Position numbers and translations under genes: made by a program
Notes under the pieces: generated by a model
Database searches by the model: none
The model's input: the letters and a program-made list of their open reading frames with translations, nothing else
Told to the model about the DNA's origin: nothing
In this document: in pieces, positions 34,173 to 43,748 of the stretch
Numbering within the stretch: position 1 is the stretch's first letter
Layout of the letters: the number at the start of each line of letters is the position of its first letter
NCBI GenBank assembly: GCA_964478055.1
Contig: CAYZHV010000001.1
Location: 2,350 to 60,025, forward strand
Direction: 5' to 3'
DNA length: 57,676 bases
Origin: an uncultured Spirochaetaceae bacterium
GTDB taxonomy: Bacteria; Spirochaetota; Spirochaetia; DSM-27196; Alkalispirochaetaceae

Positions 34173-34868
34173 TTACCTCCTGGCGGTCAACGCTCTGTGG
34201 GAGAGCATTAGAAAGAAGACCGTGAGCGAAAGCAAATAGATCACTGATCGGGAATCCACCACACCTCTGGCAAAACCGTTGAAGTGGTAGGTTGAGCTTA
34301 CGAACTGTACCAACCCCGCGATGCTTGCGGGCATAAGCACCACAAAGCTCTCGACGAAGGCGAGAGAGAGACTAATCACCAGGGCAACCACAAGGGCGAC
34401 AATCTCGGACCGGGAGATGCTGGATGCAAAGACTCCGACCGCGGCATACGCCCCGGCAAGCAGAATCGCCCCTAGATAGCCGCCAACCACCGGTCCCGGG
34501 TCGAGACGCCCGACGGTGCCGACGGTGAAAGCGTAGAAGAGGGTTGGTACCAGCAGAAATATGGAGGTTACCCAGACCGCGAAAAACTTCCCACCAACTA
34601 TATCGAGGGTTCGAAGCGGTAGGGTCGCCAGAATCTCGTAGGTCCCTCTCCGGCGCTCTTCGGCGATAAGCCGCATCGAGAGAGCCGGAATCACCACCGC
34701 CAGAAGCAGCGGAAGGGTCGAGAAGAACCGACGCAGCTCCGCCCGATCGTAGAGAAAGAAGACGGAGAAGAAGAGCAACGACGTCGCCACCAGAAAGACC
34801 ACCGCAACGACGTAGGCTACGGGTGTTTGAAAGTAGGCGGAAAGCTCTCTCCGAAACAGAGCGTACAT
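34173..34868 (-). CDS. ABC-2 type transporter permease (GldF-like)
   Basis: Polytopic membrane protein. I prefer the ATG at 34868 (MYALFRRELSAYFQTPVAY, the typical family N-terminus), 7 nt after the ATPase stop. The track start at 34901 would overlap the ATPase gene by 26 nt. Confidence 0.85.
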   Translation of the reverse strand: MYALFRRELSAYFQTPVAYVVAVVFLVATSLLFFSVFFLYDRAELRRFFSTLPLLLAVVIPALSMRLIAEERRRGTYEILATLPLRTLDIVGGKFFAVWVTSIFLLVPTLFYAFTVGTVGRLDPGPVVGGYLGAILLAGAYAAVGVFASSISRSEIVALVVALVISLSLAFVESFVVLMPASIAGLVQFVSSTYHFNGFARGVVDSRSVIYLLSLTVFFLMLSHRALTARR

Positions 34869-34875
34869 GCCTCTG

Positions 34876-35829
34876 CTACCGAACCGCTTCGGTGATTCCA
34901 TCCTGTTCCTCCTGAGTCAGAGATTGAAAGAGCTGCTCCACGGAGGTTCGCTCTCTGGTCAGCTCATAGACCGTAAGATTTTCGGCGACCGCCAGTTTGA
35001 AGAGCTCCGGCCGGAGCTCCTGATTTCCGGGGGCCCGAATCTCGAGACTGGTCAGTCCAGGCTCTCCGGTGACAAGGCGGCAGTCCGCGACGCCGGAGAG
35101 GGCGGACACGCGTTTACGGATCTCCTCCGGAGCACCCCCAGCCACTGTGAGACGCAGTAGCTGCTGCTCCTCGAGGGAGCCGCCAACGTCTCCCATGGGG
35201 CCGTCAAAGCGAATCCTCCCGCGATGAATAATGATCACCCGATCACAGAGCGCTTCGACTTCCTGCATGATATGAGTCGAGAGAATGACCGTCTTCGTTT
35301 TACTGATTTCCTTGATAAGCCTGCGAACTTCTATTATCTGGTTCGGGTCTAGGCCATTCGTGGGTTCGTCGAGGATTAGGAGCTCCGGGTCGTTGAGAAG
35401 AGTGTGCGCGAGACCGACCCGCTGCCGGTATCCCTTGGAGAGCTCCCGAATGGGCTTATGCGCCTGCTCGGCGAGACCGCACTGCCGAATCACCGCAGGG
35501 ACCCGCTCGATCGGGTCCACCCCGTGAACCCGTGCCTCATAAACCAGGTAGTCGTAGGCAAGCATGTCACCGTAGACCGGTGCGGACTCCGGAAGATAGC
35601 CGATAGTCCTCTTTGCTTCCACCGAGTCCGGATCAAAGGGCTTTCCGTCGATGGTGACGCTTCCCCGAGTGGGCTCGAGATAACCGGTCATTATCCGCAT
35701 GGTGGTGGTCTTGCCCGCACCATTCGGTCCCAGGAGCCCAACGATACCGCCCCGCTCGATGGTGAAGGTCGCGTCGTCCAAGGCTCTTACATCGCCGTAT
35801 TCCTTGGCGACAGAGTCGAAGTGTACCAT
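34876..35829 (-). CDS. ABC transporter ATP-binding protein (GldA-like)
   Basis: Walker A GPNGAGKTT, signature LSKGYRQRV and Walker B LLILDEP. Confidence 0.9.
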   Translation of the reverse strand: MVHFDSVAKEYGDVRALDDATFTIERGGIVGLLGPNGAGKTTTMRIMTGYLEPTRGSVTIDGKPFDPDSVEAKRTIGYLPESAPVYGDMLAYDYLVYEARVHGVDPIERVPAVIRQCGLAEQAHKPIRELSKGYRQRVGLAHTLLNDPELLILDEPTNGLDPNQIIEVRRLIKEISKTKTVILSTHIMQEVEALCDRVIIIHRGRIRFDGPMGDVGGSLEEQQLLRLTVAGGAPEEIRKRVSALSGVADCRLVTGEPGLTSLEIRAPGNQELRPELFKLAVAENLTVYELTRERTSVEQLFQSLTQEEQDGITEAVR

Positions 35830-35919
35830 CTCGTTCCTCTTCTCGTATCAGTATGGTATGAGGAAATAGGTACAAAATAACGGGGGTCCGTTTCAAGGAC
35901 GATTACAGATTTGTAATTG

Positions 35920-36906
35920 CTAACGACGATACGGTTCGAAGTCGTTGGAAAGCCGAATAAAAGGCGCCGGATCGATTATCTGCCCTCCGAGGGAGAGTTC
36001 GACGTGGACGTGAGTACCCGTGGCGATACCTGTCATGCCGACGGTCCCTATTCTTTGCCCCGCCTGGACCCACTGGCCCTCCCGAACATCGATTCTGTTC
36101 ATGTGGGCGTAGCTGGTCTCAAAGCCATATTTGTGCTCGATTACAACCTGGTTGCCGTAACCGTAGGGATCGAACTCGGCCCTTGTTACGGTCCCCTCGG
36201 CCATGGCGACCACGGGAGTACCTGTGAAATCCGCAACATCGAACCCTTTGTGAAGGTACCAGCTTCCCGTTATCGGGTGTATCGCGGGACCAAACTCCAG
36301 GGTGACGCGACCACGCCCCGCGACCACCGGCCACCGGTTCGGGATCTCATCCTTGACCCGGTCTATGACGCCGGCCCGCTTCGTCACTCCCGTCAGGAGA
36401 TCCCGGCTCGCCCGCAGTCGGTCGACATCGGAGCTCAAGCTCGGTGTTCCCCCGCCACCAAGAGGCCCGATGAGCGTTTCGAGGTCCGAGGCCTCCGCAG
36501 CCAGATATCGCCTCAGATCATCGCCCTCTTCGTGCTCACCAATTTCGAGATCCTCGAGGATGAGAACAACCTCCTCCACGGACTCCGTAAAGCCCTGCAA
36601 CTCGTCCCGGAGCTCCTCGAGATCCACCATTGTCGCACTCACCCGCTCCTGGATCTGGGAAGCCTCGGAGTTCTCTCTCAGATGCTCCTGAGCAAGCGCG
36701 ACGGTCCCGACAGTCATGGCAATGAGAAGAAGAGGAAGCGTGTAGATGATAAGAGCCGGTATTCTTAGCTCTCGTCCAGAAGCCGCGCCGTTGGGGAAGA
36801 TCTTGATCGTTACACTTTCCCAAGGTCGGAGGATGCTGTCTGCTCTTCTACGGAATAGACCCACTACGCTTCCTTTGATCGGCGAGTTATGCAGTAAGAA
36901 TAACAT
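35920..36906 (-). CDS. M23-family metallopeptidase
   Basis: HKGFDVA (HxxxD) and GTHVHVE (HxH), with an N-terminal TM and a coiled coil. The start is either ATG 36906 or TTG 36954 (track); I see no SD before the TTG. Confidence 0.85.
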   Translation of the reverse strand: MLFLLHNSPIKGSVVGLFRRRADSILRPWESVTIKIFPNGAASGRELRIPALIIYTLPLLLIAMTVGTVALAQEHLRENSEASQIQERVSATMVDLEELRDELQGFTESVEEVVLILEDLEIGEHEEGDDLRRYLAAEASDLETLIGPLGGGGTPSLSSDVDRLRASRDLLTGVTKRAGVIDRVKDEIPNRWPVVAGRGRVTLEFGPAIHPITGSWYLHKGFDVADFTGTPVVAMAEGTVTRAEFDPYGYGNQVVIEHKYGFETSYAHMNRIDVREGQWVQAGQRIGTVGMTGIATGTHVHVELSLGGQIIDPAPFIRLSNDFEPYRR

Positions 36907-36972
36907 TTTCCCTGAATTTTTGCGAGTGCCCCCGGTTGAGACGCCCTTGGCCAAGGTCTATAGTGAGAGGCT

Positions 36973-39147
36973 ATGGAGCCCCGTTGGTATCGACTGGACA
37001 ACGCCGCTAAGCTCTTTCCTGCGGTCGAATCGAGACGGATCACGACCCTTTTTAGAGTCTCCGCAACTCTGGACCGGGAGATCGATCCGGAGCTCCTCCA
37101 AGAAGCTTTGGAGAAAACGATCCCCCGTTTCCCTTACTTTCGTGTGCGTCTGCGGCGCGGTCTTTTCTGGTACTACCTGGACCACAATCCGAAGACTCCC
37201 CAGGTACGCCCCGACTCGCCCTACCCGTGTCAGCGTCTCCATCGCCGGAAGAACAACGAGTTTCTCTTTCGTGTTCGGTACTATGACCGCAGAGTAGCCT
37301 TGGAGTTCTCCCACGTCCTCTCGGACGGGACCGGTGCTACTGTCTTTCTGCGAACCCTTCTGGCAGTCTACCTGCGGCTGCTTGATGAAGAGATTCCTAC
37401 CGGTGACGGGGTCCTAGATATTGAAGAACCCCCGGAACCGGAGGAAGGGGAAGACGCCTACTCTCACTTTCATACTGAAGATCTCCCGGCTCCGCCGAAG
37501 GCGACAGCCGCCTATCATCCCGCGGGAAGTCTGATTGGCCCGGGTAAGTACTACCTTGTCACCTCGGTCATCCCGGCCTCAGAGGTAGTGGGGATCGCCA
37601 AGGAGGCTGGCGTTTCCGTGACAGAGTACCTCGTGGCGGTTTACCTCTGGGCCCTGGAACGTACGCAGGAGGAGGAACGTCCGCCGAAGCGGTTTCGCCC
37701 GGTGCGGGTCTCGGTGCCCGTAAATCTACGCAAGATACTCGGCGTAAACCCGCTTCGTAACTTCTCGCTCTTCCTAATGCCCGGAGTCGACCCGCGGCTC
37801 GGTCAGTACGACCTTCCGGAGATTCTCCGACAGGTACACCACGCCATGCGACGGGACCTGAACGAAAAGACGATACGGCAGCAGATCAGCCGCAACGTTG
37901 GTAGCGAGCGGAACCCGATCATTCGCGCTCTGCCTTTGGTACTGAAGCGTCTATTTGCCCCGATTATCTACCGCGCCATGGGGGAAAACCTCTACTCCGG
38001 CAGCCTTTCCAATCTAGGGATCATTACAATGCCCGAGGAGATGGCTCGCCATGTCGAGCGTTTCGAGTTCATTCCAGGACCTGGCCCGATCAATAAGACC
38101 CGGGCGACGGCGGTAAGCTTCAAGGGTAATCTCTACCTCACTTTTGGTCGCCTCGTAGAAGCAACCAGTGTTGAGCGCCACTTTTTCCGGAAGCTCCGAG
38201 AAGAGGGCATTCCGGTACACCTGGAGAGCAACGACGAGTCTCCCCTTCTAGGTACCAATCGGGAACCGAATCGATGTCCCGAATGTGACCTCACCCTGAG
38301 GCCAACCCTTACCCGATGTCCCGTCTGCGGTGCGAGGCCGGAACTTCCTCAGGGACGCGAACCGCTTCATCCTCTCTACCCTCAGGAAATCCCTGTGGAA
38401 CGAGATACCTCACCGCAGACCGATAGACGTCTCTCGGTTACGGCAGTCATTTTGGCCACGGCTATGGTTGTTCTACCTGCCGTGATCTCTGCGTTAGTGG
38501 ACATTAGGCTGAACGAGCAGATAACCTGGTCCTTCTTTCCGATCGCGGCACTGACCCTGCTCTGGGTCTTCATTGTCCCGCCCCTTCTCATTCGCAAACA
38601 CCGTTTCGCCAAGCTTCTCGCTATCGATGTTCTTGCAGTAGGGCTCTTTCTCGCCCTCCTCGACCGGTATACCGGGGGACAGGGATGGGCTTGGTACTCC
38701 GTGGGCGGTGTTGTGCTCTTCTGGATTTACGGAGGCCTACCGACGATCATGCCGAGACTCCACCGTCTCGAAAAGACGGTTGCGATCGACCTGGTGGCCA
38801 CCGCACTTTATCTCGCCGTGCTGGACTGGGTCACCCCTGGGGGACCATGGTTCGAGGAGCTAGGCCTACCGATTGTCCTATCCCTGGGGGTCGCCTTCTA
38901 CGGCGCCCTGCTCCCGAACACTCGGGGACTCGTGGGTGGAGCGGATCGGGGGGCAGTGGTGCTCTACGGTATCGGTCTCGCGGCTCTGGGTATTGACCTC
39001 TCGATCCGCAGCTACCAAGGGCTCGATGGCTTCAGCCTATGGTCGGTCATCGTGCTGATTGTGGTTGTGGTGATCGGTGCGGCGTGCCACGCCGTTGAGC
39101 ACAACCGCACGCTCAACGCCTTCTTTCGCAAGCGGCTCCATATGTAG
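36973..39147 (+). CDS. Condensation/alcohol-acetyltransferase-like acyltransferase (HxxxDG) fused to a zinc ribbon and an ~8-TM membrane domain
   Basis: 724-aa ORF with GAGAGG upstream. The N-terminal roughly 420 aa contain FSHVLSDGTG (HxxxDG at 37312..37329). A zinc ribbon CPECDLTLRPTLTRCPVCG lies at 38275..38328, followed by about eight hydrophobic helices (38428..39144). Confidence 0.8.
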   Translation: MEPRWYRLDNAAKLFPAVESRRITTLFRVSATLDREIDPELLQEALEKTIPRFPYFRVRLRRGLFWYYLDHNPKTPQVRPDSPYPCQRLHRRKNNEFLFRVRYYDRRVALEFSHVLSDGTGATVFLRTLLAVYLRLLDEEIPTGDGVLDIEEPPEPEEGEDAYSHFHTEDLPAPPKATAAYHPAGSLIGPGKYYLVTSVIPASEVVGIAKEAGVSVTEYLVAVYLWALERTQEEERPPKRFRPVRVSVPVNLRKILGVNPLRNFSLFLMPGVDPRLGQYDLPEILRQVHHAMRRDLNEKTIRQQISRNVGSERNPIIRALPLVLKRLFAPIIYRAMGENLYSGSLSNLGIITMPEEMARHVERFEFIPGPGPINKTRATAVSFKGNLYLTFGRLVEATSVERHFFRKLREEGIPVHLESNDESPLLGTNREPNRCPECDLTLRPTLTRCPVCGARPELPQGREPLHPLYPQEIPVERDTSPQTDRRLSVTAVILATAMVVLPAVISALVDIRLNEQITWSFFPIAALTLLWVFIVPPLLIRKHRFAKLLAIDVLAVGLFLALLDRYTGGQGWAWYSVGGVVLFWIYGGLPTIMPRLHRLEKTVAIDLVATALYLAVLDWVTPGGPWFEELGLPIVLSLGVAFYGALLPNTRGLVGGADRGAVVLYGIGLAALGIDLSIRSYQGLDGFSLWSVIVLIVVVVIGAACHAVEHNRTLNAFFRKRLHM

Positions 39148-39180
39148 GCCCCACCCGGGGCTGGATTTCGGGGCCGCAGA

Positions 39181-40422
39181 TCAAATGAGCGGCACCTCCA
39201 CCTCTTGACCCTTCCGGGCCGCGGAGAGATACGCCGCATAGACCACGGCGATCGTATCCGCCCCGAGCTGAGTATCCGCCTCCGGCGGAGCACCATTCGC
39301 GGCGGCGCGGTAGAACGCCTCCATCTCACGGTGATAGCCGGTAAACCAGTCCTCGTCGGGGGAGGTAAAGGCCCAGCCCTCTTTTGTACCGATCTTCTCC
39401 ACTACATAGATGTCATCGAACTGGGAGCCTTTCGGGTTGTAGGTCTGCATCGACGTGTTGGGGTTGATGTTGCAGACGGCCCTGTGGTTGTTGGCGTTGA
39501 CCTCGAGCCAGTTGTGCACGCCCCCGAGGATGAGCTCGCTTGCAAAGATATCCGCGAACGTTCCGTCCTGAAAGCTAACGTGCACCGCTCCGAAGTCCTC
39601 GATGTCCGTGTAGCTGGTGCGCAGATACCCGGCGTCCTGAAACCTGGAGTCCCGAGTAATGGCGTGAGTTCGCGCCGATACCGTTGCGGGGCGGATCGGC
39701 GCTCCGTTGCGGGCGCGGCCTTCTACCTTTTTCAGGTAGAGAGCTGCCGTAAGAGGGTGCACGGACTTCCCCATGATCGAGCCCCCACCGGAGAACTTCC
39801 AGATGCCGTAGAACTTGGAGTGGGAGCCGTGATGCGCCTCCTCGCCATGGATCCAGAGAATCTGTCCTCCAGTCTTTTCCAGGATTTCCCGCTCTTTTTG
39901 AATCGCCGGAGCGTAGACCCAGTTCTCCGCATAGAATACCTGTGGCTTGAGCCAGGGGCCAGGAACGCCGGAACCACCTTTCTCCGCCACCGCGAGCGCT
40001 CGCTTCTGCGCCGCCACCTCCGCGTCCCGGATGGCACGAACGCTCTTCATCGCCTCCTCGAGCCCCTTCTCGCGATCGAAGGTGTCACCGTCAAAGGAGT
40101 CCGAGCCGTCACCGAAGTACCCGGTAAAGGGTTTTTCGATTATGACGCTCTTTCCCGCCTCCAGACACGCTACCGCCGCCTCCTCGTGAGCGCTCGGCGG
40201 GACGCAGGCGTGGATAACGTCGGCCTCTTTAATAAGCTCATCCATGGAGGAGAACGATTCGATCTCCCGCTCCTTGGCAAAGCGCTCCCGGTTCTCTTTG
40301 GTGGGCGAGTATACGCCGAGGAGATCGACCTCGACGCTGTAAACTCGCTCGAGAGCCTCCACATGAAATGAGGCGGCAAACCCGGAACCGAGGAGACCCG
40401 CTTTCAGTTGATTCTTGCTCAT
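39181..40422 (-). CDS. Gfo/Idh/MocA-family oxidoreductase
   Basis: Rossmann N-terminus LKAGLLGSGFAASFH. ATG at 40422 with AAGGAGAAGGAAG immediately upstream and directly after the tctA stop. The track's upstream extension to 40509 overlaps tctA. Confidence 0.85.
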   Translation of the reverse strand: MSKNQLKAGLLGSGFAASFHVEALERVYSVEVDLLGVYSPTKENRERFAKEREIESFSSMDELIKEADVIHACVPPSAHEEAAVACLEAGKSVIIEKPFTGYFGDGSDSFDGDTFDREKGLEEAMKSVRAIRDAEVAAQKRALAVAEKGGSGVPGPWLKPQVFYAENWVYAPAIQKEREILEKTGGQILWIHGEEAHHGSHSKFYGIWKFSGGGSIMGKSVHPLTAALYLKKVEGRARNGAPIRPATVSARTHAITRDSRFQDAGYLRTSYTDIEDFGAVHVSFQDGTFADIFASELILGGVHNWLEVNANNHRAVCNINPNTSMQTYNPKGSQFDDIYVVEKIGTKEGWAFTSPDEDWFTGYHREMEAFYRAAANGAPPEADTQLGADTIAVVYAAYLSAARKGQEVEVPLI

Positions 40423-40433
40423 CTTCCTTCTCC

Positions 40434-41969
40434 TTACGCGTTGTTGTTCCGTTTCCTCCAGAGGGAGCGTAGGCGGGCGTACGCCGTCTGCCGCAGAGTG
40501 ATAAACCACCTGGAGCGACTCACCATCGTAATAATGATAAAGGCGACGAGAACCGCGGAAATTGGCCGGGTAACGAACTCCCAGGAAGGCCCGTCCTGTT
40601 GAACCAGGGCACGACGGAGGTTCGGATCGAGGATGTCGCCTAGAATAATCCCGAGCACCATCGGTGCCACGGGATAGTCCATCTCTTTCATGGCGAAGCC
40701 GAGCAATCCGAAGAACGCCATTACACCGATGTCGAAGGGACGCTGCTGGACGGCGTAAGCCCCGATAACACAGAGCACAAAGACAATCGGCATCAGTTTC
40801 TGCCGGGGGACCTGGAGCACTTTGACCAGCTGCCGCACCATGCTCATGCCAAGTATGAACATCGCACAGGTCGCCAGAAAGACCATGGCGACAACGGTAA
40901 AGACGAACTGCGGATTCTCGGTCATGATCAGCGGGCCGGGACGAACACCGTGGATAAACATCGCCGCCAAAAGGACCGCCGCCGGAGCAGATCCGGGAAT
41001 CGCGAGAGAGAGCACGGGAATCATCGCCCCGGCTACGGCGGAGTTGTTTCCGATCTCTGCGGATATCATTCCTTCGTAGCTTCCCTGGCCGTACTCCTCG
41101 GGATGCTTGCTCGCCCGGCGAGCAAAGTCGTAGCTCACCCAGGCACCGATGTCCTCACCTACCCCGGGGACCGCACCGATAAAGGTGCCGATAATGCCGG
41201 ATCGGATAATCGTCTTCCAGTGCCGGACGACATCCCGGAACTTGGGCATCACCCGGGTGATCTCGGCATCCACCACATCCACTCTGGTGTACTTCATCAT
41301 GGTGATGATTTCGGAGAACCCGAAGGCACCGACCATGGCGGGAATGAGTCCGATTCCTCCGGAAAGCTGCACGTGCCCGAAGGAGAAGCGCACCACCGCG
41401 TGGATCTTTTCCATGCCGATCATAGCGATAAAGAGCCCAAGAAAGCCGGCGAGCCACCCCTTTAGGGGGTCCTTGGGAGCAGTGAGGTTGCCGCTTATGA
41501 CGACGCCGAATACCGCGAGCCAGAAGAACTCGTAGGAGTGAAAGCGCAAGGCAAAATTCCCGAGCACCGGAGTAACCGTGGCGAGCAGGAGCATGCCGAT
41601 AATCGATCCGAGAAAGGAGCCGGTGGTAGCGATGCCGATCGCCGGGCCAGCCATTCCCTTTCTCGCCAGAGGGTTTCCATCTACCGCGGTTGCGGCGTTT
41701 GCGGGGGTTCCGGGGATGTTGAGAAGAATCGCACTCCGACCGCCGCCGTAGATGGCGCCGATGTACATACAGACGAGTATCAGAACCGCGTTGTTCGGCG
41801 GCAGCTTAAAGGTGAGAGTCGTCATGAGGGCGATACCCATGGTCGCCGTCAGCCCGGGGAGCATACCGACGATAATGCCGAGCTGCGTCGCCCAGAGTAC
41901 GTCGAATAGAACCCGGAGGGTTGCAAACTCCCCTAACGCTGTAAAAAAGTAGTTAAGGCCTTCGAGCAT
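40434..41969 (-). CDS. tctA: Tripartite tricarboxylate transporter large permease TctA
   Basis: 511-aa polytopic ORF following tctC-tctB in the canonical order. Confidence 0.85.
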   Translation of the reverse strand: MLEGLNYFFTALGEFATLRVLFDVLWATQLGIIVGMLPGLTATMGIALMTTLTFKLPPNNAVLILVCMYIGAIYGGGRSAILLNIPGTPANAATAVDGNPLARKGMAGPAIGIATTGSFLGSIIGMLLLATVTPVLGNFALRFHSYEFFWLAVFGVVISGNLTAPKDPLKGWLAGFLGLFIAMIGMEKIHAVVRFSFGHVQLSGGIGLIPAMVGAFGFSEIITMMKYTRVDVVDAEITRVMPKFRDVVRHWKTIIRSGIIGTFIGAVPGVGEDIGAWVSYDFARRASKHPEEYGQGSYEGMISAEIGNNSAVAGAMIPVLSLAIPGSAPAAVLLAAMFIHGVRPGPLIMTENPQFVFTVVAMVFLATCAMFILGMSMVRQLVKVLQVPRQKLMPIVFVLCVIGAYAVQQRPFDIGVMAFFGLLGFAMKEMDYPVAPMVLGIILGDILDPNLRRALVQQDGPSWEFVTRPISAVLVAFIIITMVSRSRWFITLRQTAYARLRSLWRKRNNNA

Positions 41970-41977
41970 ATCCCCTC

Positions 41978-42511
41978 CTATGGAAGCCTTACGAGAAAGA
42001 CGTAGTAAAAGAGGGATGAGACCGCGGCGGAGACGAGGACTGCCTCGATAAACGCCTTGAGAAACATCTTTCCCTGCCCCTGTGCCGAAACCGAGCGGTC
42101 ATACTCAAAGAGCACCACGAAAACGAAGACAAAGAGAAACGTCGCCACCGGATAGGGTAGAAATCCGATCATTCCGAAGGCGTAGAGAAGGCAAAAGAGA
42201 ATCGTTACCGACGCTCGACGAACTTGCGGGTGGCTGGCGCCCTCCTTGATTCTCTCTCGGGTGATGCCGAGTCTAAACCCGCCCTGCCGAAGGGATCGAC
42301 CGAGAAGGGCGAGACTCATGAGTCCGATAACCGCTCCGATTGCACCAGGAACAATACCGGGAGTGGTCCACGGATTGATGTCGCGGTGCTCGAGGCGAGG
42401 CAGATCAACTGATAGAAGAATGACGGCTACGCTGAACGCGAGAAGAACGAGGGAGGTTACAAAGTCCGCCTTTGGCATACCTCGCTCTGGCTTTTGCTGG
42501 GTGTCCGACAT
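41978..42511 (-). CDS. tctB: Tripartite tricarboxylate transporter small subunit TctB
   Basis: Small 4-TM protein between tctC and tctA. I prefer the ATG at 42511 (MSDTQQKPERG...), which has GGAGA upstream. Confidence 0.75.
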   Translation of the reverse strand: MSDTQQKPERGMPKADFVTSLVLLAFSVAVILLSVDLPRLEHRDINPWTTPGIVPGAIGAVIGLMSLALLGRSLRQGGFRLGITRERIKEGASHPQVRRASVTILFCLLYAFGMIGFLPYPVATFLFVFVFVVLFEYDRSVSAQGQGKMFLKAFIEAVLVSAAVSSLFYYVFLVRLP

Positions 42512-42602
42512 GGGCAATATCTCCGGAGTTAACAGGAGAGCACCCGGAATTCCCGGGGGCGGGATCACCAGGTGCCCTCCACGTTGTTACGTGCGTATCA
42601 GA

Positions 42603-43631
42603 TTACTCGGGTCGAGGAATACCGACTTCCGAAGGACGAACCTCCGCATCGCCGGAGTCCCACTTGAGCCACGCGTCGATCTGAACCATCGGGAAAGATT
42701 TATCAAACGCTTCCTGACCATACGCGGGATCAAAGATGACCGCGTTTTCCTCAGCCCAGGTCTGCATGGTACTGCTGTCCATGACGACGTCTTCCCAGAT
42801 CTGGTTGAGGGTGGTCACGACCTCTTCGGGCACACCCTTGGGCACGAAGATACCGAAGTAGATAGGTGCCGCCTCGAAGTCCTCGATCCAGTTCGTGATC
42901 GGCGGAATCTCGCCGTCATAGCCGGAAATGGTCAGGGGCTTGTCGGCCAGTACCGCCAGAGGTCGAAGCTGCCCGCCGCGAATCATGTCTACCTCTTCCA
43001 CCGAGAGCTGCGGAACGACCTCGGTCTCGCCACCAACGGTTGCGACAACCGCGGGGTTACCACCGCCGAAGGTTACGTGCCGATACTCGATGCCGGTGTA
43101 GCTCTTGATGAGCTCCATGGCGGTGTGTCCCGCGGAGTTGACTCCGGCGGTAGCCACGGATACGTCTCCGGGGTTGTTCTCAAAGGCTTCGAGAAGGTCA
43201 CCGAAGTCCTCGTAGGGCGTGTCGGGATTGACTGCAACAACGTTAGGCATTGCAAAGTTCAGGTAGAGGTGCCAGTCATCCAGGGTCGTGTCGAGCAGGC
43301 CCTGAACCTTGTAGACGCCGAGATCCTTTACCGCACCGGCGGTCCAGGTAAGACCGTTCTTCTGCGACTGGAGAGCTTCCTGCGTACCGACGGAGCCGGA
43401 GGCGCCGGGCTGGTTGACGACGACAACCGTCGTGCCCAGGTGCTCCTCGATCACACCTGCAGTGGTCCGTGCGGAACGATCGGTGGATCCACCAGCTCCC
43501 CAGGGAACGATCAGATTGATCGGCCGCTGCGGGTTCCATGGATACCCACTTTCTTCCTGTCGCCCTTCTCCGAAGAGCGCGCCTACTCCGATGAGAAGCA
43601 CCAGCAAAAGTGCCAACAATTTTCTCATCAC
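42603..43631 (-). CDS. tctC: Tripartite tricarboxylate transporter substrate-binding protein TctC (Bug family)
   Basis: 342-aa ORF with a signal peptide and INLIVPWGAGGSTDRSAR...VVVVNQPGASGSVG, typical of Bug/TctC. Confidence 0.85.
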   Translation of the reverse strand: MMRKLLALLLVLLIGVGALFGEGRQEESGYPWNPQRPINLIVPWGAGGSTDRSARTTAGVIEEHLGTTVVVVNQPGASGSVGTQEALQSQKNGLTWTAGAVKDLGVYKVQGLLDTTLDDWHLYLNFAMPNVVAVNPDTPYEDFGDLLEAFENNPGDVSVATAGVNSAGHTAMELIKSYTGIEYRHVTFGGGNPAVVATVGGETEVVPQLSVEEVDMIRGGQLRPLAVLADKPLTISGYDGEIPPITNWIEDFEAAPIYFGIFVPKGVPEEVVTTLNQIWEDVVMDSSTMQTWAEENAVIFDPAYGQEAFDKSFPMVQIDAWLKWDSGDAEVRPSEVGIPRPE

Positions 43632-43748
43632 ATACCTCCTGTTTGGTATTATGATCTGTTTCTGACCAAACGGCGAGAACGGAGCTGCCTGCTCGTCGTC
43701 CGCCAGCCTACGTTATCTTTAGGGGAACTTCCCCTATCGATTTCCCTC

